Virus record (IMG/VR): IMGVR_UViG_3300032245_001860
Span: 186,001 to 250,000 of that record
Direction: 5' to 3' (one strand)
DNA length: 64,000 nt
The translations under genes were made by a program, and so were the position numbers. Every line of letters starts with the position of its first letter. The stretch's first letter is position 1. This document shows positions 48,101 through 56,651 of the stretch, one piece after another. A model generated the notes under the pieces. It searched no databases. It worked only from the letters and a program-made list of their open reading frames with translations, and was not told the origin of the DNA.

Positions 48101-50957
48101 TGAACAAATTGTTGTAATCAATGCTTAGTACTACATCAGAACCAGAAACAAAATATTCTTGCCCTAAATTGTATTGATTGTCATCTCCTGGAGTTATTGA
48201 AGTGACTCCTAAAGCTGAAATGTTATTAGCGTATCCAATAACACCTTGCATGTATATTACTGAGCTTCCAAAAGATGAACCACCAACCATATAGCCACTG
48301 TTAACTAAAACTTTAGTTGGTCTTTCATATGGAGAACTTTTAATTTTTATATTTGTTCCTGAAAGATATTCAGTAGAAACATCAAAATCAGTATGTTTTA
48401 CAAAATAAACGCTGCCACCAGTTCCAGTTAATTTTGCTCTATATATGCCATTATAAGAAGAGGCACATGAATTACCTGTTCCAATATAAAATAAGACTTC
48501 TTCATTATTTGATAACAATGTGTTATTTGATATTTTCGTAGATATAGCTGTTCCTGAACTGATAGGCAATCCTGCAATAGTTGAAGTCTTGTAAACTGCT
48601 TTTACTTTATAATTTTGATAATCTTGTGTATACCAATCAAAATCAATCTCTTGTAAAAATGCACTACTTAAATTATCAGTTGCAAAGAAACTATTAATGT
48701 TTTCTTTGCTTGGATACTTAATTTCTGGCACATAAATATTTCCGTAAGTATTGTTTGCATAAGAAGTTGAACCATATGCAGAGATGTTTCTTGCGTATAG
48801 AACACCATTAATTTCATTTCGCATATTTGGTGTTACGGTAAATATGTCAGAATTTGTTGATGTGATATTTCTTAGAATATCTGCTGACCAAGTTACAAGT
48901 GAATCTGAATAACTAAATACTGCTTTTTGTGGTGATGATAGTGTTGCATTATATAATCCATTGACTAAAGTGTTGGAAGTGTTAACAAGCACTTTGTCGT
49001 TTGTATTAACTCCAACAGAAAAATCATCTGGAGAAATATATACACTACTAAATTTATCTACTACAGTTGAAGTATTTGCGGTTATTGTAGAGGCACTTGT
49101 TATATTTACAAATTCAACATTAGCAGTGCCAGCAGATACATTATTTTCATTTGAATAAAGAAAATAAGTAGTTCCTGTCCCTGTAGAGTTTGCAATTGAA
49201 CCATTGACAATTTGATATTGCGAGTAAAAATTAAGGGCTTTAGTTGAGCCTATAGTACTATTGCCTACAACATAAATTCCATTTTGAGACTGAGTAGCAT
49301 TTTGATTTGCAACTAATACTCTTTGTGAAATTGCAATACCACTATTCGAAAATTTTGATAAATTTACGCTGTTAAAATTAGAAATTTCTGAAATTGTAAT
49401 ATTAGCGACTGGTGCATAGTAGTAATTAGTAAATCTTGAATCTAAAGAAATACCATCTAAATTAAGAACAAAATTAGGATTATAAGTTACTTCTCTATTC
49501 ATATAGAAATAAGAACTTCCAATTGCACTTAAGCTATTCTTGGTACTTACAATATATGGGGCAATTTCTGATGATGTGTCAAAATCCGTATGTCTTTTCC
49601 AAACTGAAGTAGAGCCAAGACCTACACTAAAAATGTTATATACTCCACTGTATGCACTATTGTAATGCTTGACTAATACTTTTTCATTTGCTACAGTAAG
49701 AGTCGTAACTCCAGATCCTGACACTATATGTGATGGCGCACTCGTAAATGTTCCAGCATTGCTTGTAAAATCAAAAGTAAAAGCTATAGAACTTGTATTG
49801 CCAATTTCATAATACCAGTCTGCTGCATATCTGCTGTAGTAATGTGTTGCATCTACCCAATCAGAGGCTAATGTTGTTGCAACTCCGGGAGTGGAATCTG
49901 GAATAATTACTCCGCCACTTCCTCCGCCTTCTTCATAAGATGTCATAGCTGTAAAATCAGATGTTAAGTAATGTCTGTAATATTTACCGCCATATGTTGT
50001 CCCTGTCATGACTTGAACGCTGACAGGTATTTGTTTAGTGATGTTGTAAACTGCTAAGTCCCAAAAACTATCTTTAGCATCTGTACTTGTTCTTGTATCG
50101 ACTATTGTATTTTTATTTGTCGCATAGAGGCTTGAAAGGTAATAAATTCCATTTGTAGCTTTATTTGTTTGATCTTTAACTAAAATTCTGTCATTTAATG
50201 ATAACTGCACATTGTCAATATAATTATTTTGGGAAGAAAGTCCTGATCCTGATGTTTGTAAATTTTCAGTGGTTGCTGCAACTACATTATCTAATTGATA
50301 AATATTGTTTCTGCTTACCCACTTGATGGAAGTTGTTCCATATCCTACAAATTGAAATGGGCTATAACCTGAAAGATATGAAAAATATGAAGAAGCTCCA
50401 ATGCTTACTATTTTTCCGGCAGTGTAAATATCTTCCCCGACTTGGTATGAAAAACCAGAAAAACCTGTACCTGTTTTTTGACCCAATATTTTATATAAGC
50501 CATTTTCACTTTTAGAAGTTTGTGATTTGACTAAAATATTATTTCCAGTTGAAATTTTATATCCATCAATATACAGAGGTGCGACAAGTCTTTGTATACC
50601 TCCTAAATTTTCTGATGAAAGATTCAAATTTGTAGCAACATATGCATTTGGAAGTTGCTCTATATTGAAAGTATCTAATGGGGTGATCCTAAATTCAAAC
50701 CCTAAATCATCAACAATAGAAACTGCATCAGAGGATTTTATGACTGGAAATTCTGTTCCTGTGTATATATCAGCAAAAGAATTATCCAGCCATATTTTGA
50801 CATCTTCAACACTTGAATTTAGCCACTTTAGTTTATAAATCTTTTTGCTCCATGAGTTAGCCGTAGCCGTACCCATACCAGCAAAAGGAATTTCTTTATT
50901 TACTTCACTTTGTAAATCTGTTGTGCTTATTTCTGACCAAATCAGTGCGTGAGACAT
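45102..50957 (-). CDS. Giant tail-fibre/virion protein with ~10 'LVKxQT..xNGIY' modules
   Basis: Examples: ILVKSQTSKSENGLY, ILVKDQTNKATNGIY, VLVANQNATQSQNGIY, VLAKDQTNKKQNGIY, ILVKNQDSNKSQNGIY. Confidence 0.65.
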   Translation of the reverse strand: MSHALIWSEISTTDLQSEVNKEIPFAGMGTATANSWSKKIYKLKWLNSSVEDVKIWLDNSFADIYTGTEFPVIKSSDAVSIVDDLGFEFRITPLDTFNIEQLPNAYVATNLNLSSENLGGIQRLVAPLYIDGYKISTGNNILVKSQTSKSENGLYKILGQKTGTGFSGFSYQVGEDIYTAGKIVSIGASSYFSYLSGYSPFQFVGYGTTSIKWVSRNNIYQLDNVVAATTENLQTSGSGLSSQNNYIDNVQLSLNDRILVKDQTNKATNGIYYLSSLYATNKNTIVDTRTSTDAKDSFWDLAVYNITKQIPVSVQVMTGTTYGGKYYRHYLTSDFTAMTSYEEGGGSGGVIIPDSTPGVATTLASDWVDATHYYSRYAADWYYEIGNTSSIAFTFDFTSNAGTFTSAPSHIVSGSGVTTLTVANEKVLVKHYNSAYSGVYNIFSVGLGSTSVWKRHTDFDTSSEIAPYIVSTKNSLSAIGSSYFYMNREVTYNPNFVLNLDGISLDSRFTNYYYAPVANITISEISNFNSVNLSKFSNSGIAISQRVLVANQNATQSQNGIYVVGNSTIGSTKALNFYSQYQIVNGSIANSTGTGTTYFLYSNENNVSAGTANVEFVNITSASTITANTSTVVDKFSSVYISPDDFSVGVNTNDKVLVNTSNTLVNGLYNATLSSPQKAVFSYSDSLVTWSADILRNITSTNSDIFTVTPNMRNEINGVLYARNISAYGSTSYANNTYGNIYVPEIKYPSKENINSFFATDNLSSAFLQEIDFDWYTQDYQNYKVKAVYKTSTIAGLPISSGTAISTKISNNTLLSNNEEVLFYIGTGNSCASSYNGIYRAKLTGTGGSVYFVKHTDFDVSTEYLSGTNIKIKSSPYERPTKVLVNSGYMVGGSSFGSSVIYMQGVIGYANNISALGVTSITPGDDNQYNLGQEYFVSGSDVVLSIDYNNLFNFPSLAPIQHFIAGDLQNKDTVDGDMLTVNRGSQLYTILTDPSVIYFYEIGDRVIYQDSNEDVWNSGLPNHVNGIYQIVHINPNTWTYYLRRVKQNVTDGHIDYFKNLEIAPGDTIFDAAIHLVKAGTSDTYYWSENNYPSVDVFVVDAQGNKTSFYNQIDFDLNPQFGYIAPYSGFATSSTDTLHVFLYSDFNTPRYNEQQKSLLNRYFTVEQVLDQKYFINSGTSITQHKYTPDNIYFQISNTSGLGTTTESKYNTDRNHWYKIYDENKSYKLDVDKIVEVSDNNDYFFTSRLSSDGYYKKVGSAFTASYFESNIYMPGTGETLGLFTGTLYLEKAISSGSGFTIDKWFQSLNLLSDQNVLVLSNNEVGLGTTLQTSYYNDKDVLIKHNKAGKRDQKLYKFANLGYTPVTLSYDTNFTNPLTPLNVLYGASKYFLHYNPNNTSRSDGNKTWYDYESVDIYSCNISTGTAITDFSDFGGIINSYSPAVNDLVLAKDQTNKKQNGIYSVYSNPVYKLSRSGDFSSASDIKALGRIVYGNTTYELILPSTTPYSIGTTSGNTSINWIKSGYGQTIDVKAATFTNYSGLALTTAFPDSIDNVTLAADDKVLLLSQTTSNEKYVGRFTKNIAPIYSRVPAGSGTYTAGFSITSCYVVDLNSSKQYELYFNPSNATLGSDNIDWFERNKIANYSPCTKIINFNTSLVSSFTDPSIFLGQTILLLSQSNDKENGIYKADSNISYYLSRHENLDESSEITISKKCYVTSGLASTGYYALVFDESGTPSIGNSSLYWARVNLNNKLSDCNCATTSSNTDINLSNPPSTVDGVILEKGYRILVKNQDSNKSQNGIYVVTGSGAEYAWARAEDLNSDSEVKPQLTVYVTSGTTNEATIWRIKLGLPRTITYSQLSEYIIGTDSIQWISVDKDGLYNSNPNTWQLLGNNIDNAFYLGSAKIDKYSTANSNRFAIAVKIPTSDSLSNNNLTTNGKIRNINFKVEYKTVED

Positions 50958-50975
50958 TTGTAATCCATCTGAATT

Positions 50976-52343
50976 TTATTTTCTTTGAGCTTCAGGACGA
51001 TTGAAAATATCACTTGCTACAGCTGCCAATTCTGATCTTTCAACCTTAGTTAAGGTAACAGAAGCGACAAGCGCGTTTTTCTTTCCACCAGAGATAGCAT
51101 GAGCTAAACCATTAGACTTTGCATCCAAATATGGATTCTCCACTTGTGAAAGGTCACCAAGCAAAATTACCTTGGAATCTTTTCCACAGCGCTCAATTAC
51201 CATTCTTGCTTCTCTTGCTGTGATATTTTCAGCTTCATCAAGTATTATTATGGATCTTGGGATAGAACGACCTTGAATAAAAGCCATAGCTTCCACTTCA
51301 ATAATACCTTCACGGCACATTTCCTCAAATCTATTATTTGTGGATAATGTTTTAGCTCCTAAAATTTGGTCAATATTGTCTTTGATTGGCCCTAACCATG
51401 CAGCAATCTTTTCAAATTTATCACCTGGTAATGCTCCAATATCTTTTCCACCAACTGGAATAAGAGGCTTCATAACAACAATCTTGTCATAAATTTCTTG
51501 ATTGATCATTTGAAGAGCAGCAGCTAATGCCAAAAATGATTTACCAGTACCAGCTTTACCAGAAAGTGTTACTAAAGGTATGGTTAAATCAGTGAGAATT
51601 TCAAGAGCACATTTTTGCTCTAAGTTTTTTCCTTGAATACCAGAATAAGCTTTAATTTCTTTTGAATTTGACTTTTCTTTAAGTACTTTTAATTTTCCAT
51701 TTTTATGATACGTAGGGCACTTGCTGTCGCCATACTCAAAAATAGTAAATTCATTTGGATTTAGGTCTTTAATTTTTGCTTGAAGATCTTGTGAAAGAGA
51801 TTCAATAAGAACTTCATCAGTACTCCAAAGAGTATTCCAGTCACTTTGAGAGTCACATGAAACAAATCTAACTCCAGTGTACTCTCTGTCTTCAAGTTGA
51901 TCAGCTTTATAATTCTCTGCAACACATCCCCAGGTTATTGCACGAATTCTTAAACCAGTGTCTTTTGTAATAATGGCTACTTTTTTTCTTGGATTAGCAG
52001 CCTTAAGAGCTAAACAACATTCAATAATAGCATTATCAGAATGTACTTTAACAATATTAGGTCTTTCATTTTTTTGCAAAGGAGATTCAGTGTTATATAC
52101 AAACAATCTACCATTTTGTTCGTTTATTTTCACGCCTTTCAAAAGATCTGTAAGGGTATAGTTTTCTAAGTTTCTAAAAACTTCTCTGGCGCTCCATCCT
52201 ACGCTTTCTTTTCTGGTCTTAATGTCATCTAAGTCGTCAATCACAGCAAGTGGTACGTAGATATCATTTTCGCCAAATTTGTAGAGAGCAAGGGGATCAT
52301 GAAGTAAAACGCAAGTGTCAATGATGTAAATATGCTTTGCCAA
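50976..52343 (-). CDS. phoH: PhoH-family ATPase with N-terminal PIN domain
   Basis: YIIDTCVLLHDP (PIN), GKAGTGKS, QGRSI, DEAEN, GDLSQ, ERSELA; TTG start with GAGGAG SD. Confidence 0.9.
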   Translation of the reverse strand: MAKHIYIIDTCVLLHDPLALYKFGENDIYVPLAVIDDLDDIKTRKESVGWSAREVFRNLENYTLTDLLKGVKINEQNGRLFVYNTESPLQKNERPNIVKVHSDNAIIECCLALKAANPRKKVAIITKDTGLRIRAITWGCVAENYKADQLEDREYTGVRFVSCDSQSDWNTLWSTDEVLIESLSQDLQAKIKDLNPNEFTIFEYGDSKCPTYHKNGKLKVLKEKSNSKEIKAYSGIQGKNLEQKCALEILTDLTIPLVTLSGKAGTGKSFLALAAALQMINQEIYDKIVVMKPLIPVGGKDIGALPGDKFEKIAAWLGPIKDNIDQILGAKTLSTNNRFEEMCREGIIEVEAMAFIQGRSIPRSIIILDEAENITAREARMVIERCGKDSKVILLGDLSQVENPYLDAKSNGLAHAISGGKKNALVASVTLTKVERSELAAVASDIFNRPEAQRK

Positions 52344-52390
52344 AATATTGGTCTCCTCGCATTGTTATAGATCTTGTGATCATAGTGTAA

Positions 52391-52419
52391 ATTTCTTTTT
52401 AGCTATCCGGCAATCCTGT
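52391..52419 (-). promoter_or_regulatory. Putative late promoter
   Basis: ACAGG-N19-GAAAT upstream of phoH and the 1951-aa gene. Confidence 0.35.
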
Positions 52420-53406
52420 TTACAAAGGTAGAGCAGGTGTCTCTTTTTCGTCTATACCAAGGTCTTCGTCATCCTTAATTCCACTTAAGAAATCTGCAGC
52501 TTTCTCATCTTCAACAACTTCAAAAGATCTCATGTTTAAGATTGATGAAAGAGATTGTTTGTCAAATTTCCTTAGCTCATTAGAATCAAGCCATTTAGTT
52601 TCTACAGCTTTTAATTCTACTTTTAGTTTCCCATCTCTAAACATTTGCAAATCATTTGAAAGTTTATTTTCAATATAGTTAATTGCTGTGTCAAGATTTG
52701 TTGTTTCAAGCAAATCAAAATCATTATAAGAAACTGCCCCAATAGATCCTTGGCTTAAAGTGTTGCCAAAAGGATCTAATATTTTTTGCTCAGTTCTAAT
52801 AAAAGAAAGACTTGTTTTAGGTATGCAGATATAAATTTTAAATGGAAGCGAATCATCAATTTGATCAGAATTTGTAAGTCTTAAAACCTCATTTTCATCA
52901 TTAACTATAGATAAAACTAATTTGTTTTTATCGTCAATCACCCAATCCCATTCATAATTATGTTCTTCTGTTTTAGGAATAAAAGCTGGAATTATTTTCA
53001 AGTCACTTTTCTTTTCGCAAATGCTTAAAAATAATTGAAATCCAATAGTATCCTCTGGTGTCCCTTTTCTGAATGTCCCAACTTTATTCCAGTCAATTGC
53101 AAAATCACTGGTAATATTAGTTATCTCAAATTCATCAAAATGTCCCTGATCATATATTCTTCTCAACAATGGATCTTCCAAAATTCTTCTCGCTCTTACA
53201 AGGTCTAAAAATGTTTCCTTAGAACCACCAAAGTCAGGATGTGCTTTTCTTGCTTGTTTGCGAAATGATTTCTCAATTAATTGTGAAATTTCTATTTTGT
53301 TTTGTCTTGTTTTACTATCAGGTAGGTTTTCTTTTGAGATTCCCAAAATAGAATAATAATCCTTATTGAAATCTATGATGTTTTTTGGATCAAATTCTTT
53401 GGACAT
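52420..53406 (-). CDS. J-domain protein with an uncharacterised C-terminal domain
   Basis: DYYSILGI...FRKQARKAHPDFGG...ILEDP..R..YD. Start reassigned to ATG 53406 (MSKEF), which is preceded by TATAAA-N6. Confidence 0.78.
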   Translation of the reverse strand: MSKEFDPKNIIDFNKDYYSILGISKENLPDSKTRQNKIEISQLIEKSFRKQARKAHPDFGGSKETFLDLVRARRILEDPLLRRIYDQGHFDEFEITNITSDFAIDWNKVGTFRKGTPEDTIGFQLFLSICEKKSDLKIIPAFIPKTEEHNYEWDWVIDDKNKLVLSIVNDENEVLRLTNSDQIDDSLPFKIYICIPKTSLSFIRTEQKILDPFGNTLSQGSIGAVSYNDFDLLETTNLDTAINYIENKLSNDLQMFRDGKLKVELKAVETKWLDSNELRKFDKQSLSSILNMRSFEVVEDEKAADFLSGIKDDEDLGIDEKETPALPL

Positions 53407-53437
53407 ATTTTTTTTATAAAGAATTAATGAGAGAATA

Positions 53438-54331
53438 ATGATGAATTTTCGTAAAATAGCACAGTTAGCAACACAGCATGACAAAAAGCAAGATTATAAA
53501 ATTGCTGATTTATTTACAAAAGTATTGCTCAAGTATGCCCAAGAAGAAGCTCCATTTGATATCACTGAGGGAGAAGCCTCCAATGATCCCAAAACTGTAT
53601 TAGACTATTTTACTGGTTTTGTATTTGATATGATTTCAAGAAAACCAACTATCAGTAAATCACAAATAAAAGCAGAGTTGGACAAAAAGATTGATGAAAA
53701 AATAGAAAATCTTTCTAATTTAGAAAAAGTTAAATTAAGTAACATCAAAGAAGATGTTTTGAATGAATTGAACAAAAATTCTTGGTATACAAAATTATCA
53801 GAAGACAATGAAGATTATGGCAAGCCTGGAGAAATTACTGGTGGGCCAAAAGAATTTTTAGAAAAACTTGGACCAGCAGCACAACAAGCATCTCAAAATG
53901 TAGATAACAATATTCCGGCATCTATAATTCTTGCGATGGCTGCTTGGGAATCTGGATGGGGTAAAAGTAAATTAGCAGCTGAACATGGTAATTTCTTTGG
54001 AATTAAACAAAGCCCTACATCTGGATCTTCATCAGGAGTATCTATGGGTACTTTTGAATTTAACGGTGGCAAGCATAGAGAAACTGCCGAATTTGCTCAA
54101 TTTGAAAATGATGCTACAGCCTCAATGTCTGCTCTACCTAATTTCTTTGCAAATAACAGAAGATACAATGATGTTTTTAGAAAAGGCGAACAATATAAAA
54201 ATGATAAATCATCAAGTAGTTTATTTGCTGTTGTAGATGCTATTTTTGATGCTGGATATTCTACTGATCCTGGCGAGCCTGAAAACATAAAGAAACTTAT
54301 TGTCAGATATAATCTTGGTAAATACGACTAA
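53438..54331 (+). CDS. GH73 glucosaminidase/muramidase (FlgJ-like) with N-terminal tag region
   Basis: AMAAWESGWGKS, NFFGIK, GYSTDP, YNL.KYD. Confidence 0.88.
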   Translation: MMNFRKIAQLATQHDKKQDYKIADLFTKVLLKYAQEEAPFDITEGEASNDPKTVLDYFTGFVFDMISRKPTISKSQIKAELDKKIDEKIENLSNLEKVKLSNIKEDVLNELNKNSWYTKLSEDNEDYGKPGEITGGPKEFLEKLGPAAQQASQNVDNNIPASIILAMAAWESGWGKSKLAAEHGNFFGIKQSPTSGSSSGVSMGTFEFNGGKHRETAEFAQFENDATASMSALPNFFANNRRYNDVFRKGEQYKNDKSSSSLFAVVDAIFDAGYSTDPGEPENIKKLIVRYNLGKYD

Positions 54332-54864
54332 TGTGGTACAAAACAGCAAAACAAAAAGTTAATACTTTTGGCTTACCTATTTCTGGTAAAAGCAAATTTA
54401 AATTGTTTGCTGATGAAAACATAGTTCCTGAAGATGAAAATGCTCAGGAAGAAGTTTTTACTGAAGAAGACTCGGTTGAAGAAAAAGTAGACGAGGATGG
54501 GATAGTAATACCCCCTATTGATCCTCAGCCTCAAGAAGAAGTCACTATAGATGATCCTACTAATGATGGTGAATTTTCTCCAGAAGATTTGCAAACAAAT
54601 ATTAGAGCTATGGAAGAGGATCCAACTATAGGCATAAAACTTCCAAAATCTGAAAATGGTGAAGGTGAAGATTTACACCCAAATTGTCATTGTAGAATAA
54701 TAACTTTACCAATACTTTCAAAAATTGGTGTTAATGAGGGTAGAAGAGTTTGGAAACATTCTGAAAATTGCTGTGACAAATGTAGAATGACAGCTCAACA
54801 ATTCAATCAAGCCGAAATTCAAAGATTATTGAACAAAGGTATTGATGTAAATGGAATATCCTGA
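54331..54864 (+). CDS. Acidic protein with an HPNCxC / CxxC metal site (Mu gpF / SPP1 gp7-like motif)
   Basis: LHPNCHCRI ... W.....CCDKC; N-terminus MWYKTAK. Confidence 0.6.
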   Translation: MWYKTAKQKVNTFGLPISGKSKFKLFADENIVPEDENAQEEVFTEEDSVEEKVDEDGIVIPPIDPQPQEEVTIDDPTNDGEFSPEDLQTNIRAMEEDPTIGIKLPKSENGEGEDLHPNCHCRIITLPILSKIGVNEGRRVWKHSENCCDKCRMTAQQFNQAEIQRLLNKGIDVNGIS

Positions 54865-55401
54865 TAAATCAATATCTATTTTCTTTCTCAGTATTTTTTT
54901 AGATGGTGATTTAACATTTCTTAATTGTGATATTAATCTTTTCTTTATGTGATAAGATAAATCTGATCGATTAATTTCTCTAATTAAAATAGTCTTAAAC
55001 TGAGATATTTCAAAATCTGCATGCAAATAGCTATAAAAAATTGTATTTTCTAATTTGTCTAACTGGGCTTCGTAAAGTCCAAATTCTTTTATTGACAAAT
55101 TGTAAAAAGTATTTATTAAGTAATATCTAATTGCATTATATTTCTTAACATTTATTGTTGAAATATCTGACATTTCTTTCAGATCAAACAAAAAATCAAT
55201 ATTTCCCTTGACTTGAAATATTTCTCCATTTACTTTAATTAAGTACAAACCAACTATCACATCATTTTCTAATATTGAAACTATTGGTTGTCCCGAAATT
55301 AAATTAATTTCTTGCAAGCTATTTATATTATTAGGATTTTTTATTCCTAACATATGAATATCTTGCTCATTTTTTCTGACAAAAGTTAAGTATGCTTTCA
55401 T
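54826..55401 (-). CDS. Hypothetical protein
   Basis: 191-aa ORF, ATGA-coupled to the upstream ORF. Confidence 0.6.
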   Translation of the reverse strand: MKAYLTFVRKNEQDIHMLGIKNPNNINSLQEINLISGQPIVSILENDVIVGLYLIKVNGEIFQVKGNIDFLFDLKEMSDISTINVKKYNAIRYYLINTFYNLSIKEFGLYEAQLDKLENTIFYSYLHADFEISQFKTILIREINRSDLSYHIKKRLISQLRNVKSPSKKILRKKIDIDLSGYSIYINTFVQ

Positions 55402-56027
55402 ATCACAATATTTTCAATTATTGAATTTTCAGAATAATTTTTACAATCGCCCCATAAATTAATCCAATAATCTTTTAATTTGTTTTTCTTCGAAATAGAA
55501 GAGCAAGTATCATAAATCGGTTTTTTAATTTCAGTTAGGCTGAGTAATTTTTTATGACTTTTATTTCTTTCTTCATAGATAGTAAATAAAGACTTGTCTA
55601 TAGAATTTTTATTATTAAGTAAAAATTCATAAACTAAATCATTTTCAAAAGGATTTGCTCTTATTTTATCAATTAGAAGAATATTTTCTGAAATAAAGTC
55701 TGACAATTCATCATCAATTAAGTCTATCAAAGTAAGTCTTTTATTTTTTGGCATAATATAAATTTGCACAGGAGAAATTTTTACTTTTCTTAAATTGATC
55801 GTATTTATATTTTTAAAATGAAGAATATTTTTTGAATGAAGAAATGAAAAAACATCTGGGATTTCTTCAATGTTTTTGAAATAAACCCAGGGATAATCTT
55901 CTTGATCAGCTAAAAAAGCTCTCAAACTTATAAGAATATCTATCTTATCATTTTGAGAGCTTTCTGTGATAATTTTTTTCAGGTCTGCTATATTATTCAC
56001 AACGATAACTCTAAAATAAAACAACAA
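55398..56027 (-). CDS. Hypothetical protein
   Basis: 209-aa ORF; start uncertain (TTG or a later GTG). Confidence 0.55.
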   Translation of the reverse strand: MLFYFRVIVVNNIADLKKIITESSQNDKIDILISLRAFLADQEDYPWVYFKNIEEIPDVFSFLHSKNILHFKNINTINLRKVKISPVQIYIMPKNKRLTLIDLIDDELSDFISENILLIDKIRANPFENDLVYEFLLNNKNSIDKSLFTIYEERNKSHKKLLSLTEIKKPIYDTCSSISKKNKLKDYWINLWGDCKNYSENSIIENIVI

Positions 56028-56035
56028 TAGACGAA

Positions 56036-56323
56036 TTATCGCATGCGGTAATTTTTGCCAAACAATTCATAGACATTTTCAGAAACAAGTTCTTGCAATG
56101 TGTCTTTTTTGGTGTAAAGTCTAATATTTGCAATTCCACCATATTTTTCTTCCATATGGTCTAATACCTTTTTGACTTTTCTATTTATTTCTAACTGTGA
56201 AGGATTATAGTTTCTTTGTTTGCTGAGTAAGTTTCTGACAGCATATTCCGCATCCATTGCAAGAACTTTTACTTCATACAATGGTCTTTGTTTATTTTCC
56301 TCTTCAGCTAATCTATACCACAT
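56036..56323 (-). CDS. Hypothetical protein (MWYRLA N-terminus)
   Basis: N-terminus parallels MWYKTA of 54331. Confidence 0.65.
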   Translation of the reverse strand: MWYRLAEEENKQRPLYEVKVLAMDAEYAVRNLLSKQRNYNPSQLEINRKVKKVLDHMEEKYGGIANIRLYTKKDTLQELVSENVYELFGKNYRMR

Positions 56324-56325
56324 AT

Positions 56326-56559
56326 TTATTTATCTATCTTTACATTTGAAACAAAAGCTTCATTAATAACAAAAGCAACATTTTGACTTGGCACGTTGAA
56401 CAAACAACTTGTCATTTTTTCATCCTTATAAATGATGTGAAAATCCTTATTAACTATCAACACTCCCTCGATAGTGCCAATAGAAACTGAAGGATTATAT
56501 GTCTGGATTTTCCACTTGCCTAATCCTCTATTTTGAGAATTATTATCAATAATAGCCAT
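56326..56559 (-). CDS. Small beta-rich hypothetical protein
   Basis: SD AGGGGA; compact spacing. Confidence 0.65.
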   Translation of the reverse strand: MAIIDNNSQNRGLGKWKIQTYNPSVSIGTIEGVLIVNKDFHIIYKDEKMTSCLFNVPSQNVAFVINEAFVSNVKIDK

Positions 56560-56585
56560 TTTTTATGTCCCCTATAGTTATATTT

Positions 56586-56614
56586 ATTTATCGCAAAATT
56601 ACCTAATTACCTTT
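56586..56614 (-). promoter_or_regulatory. Putative late promoter
   Basis: AAAGG-N17-GATAAAT. Confidence 0.45.
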
Positions 56615-56651
56615 ATCTATATCCTGAATCTTATCCTGTATAAGTAATATT

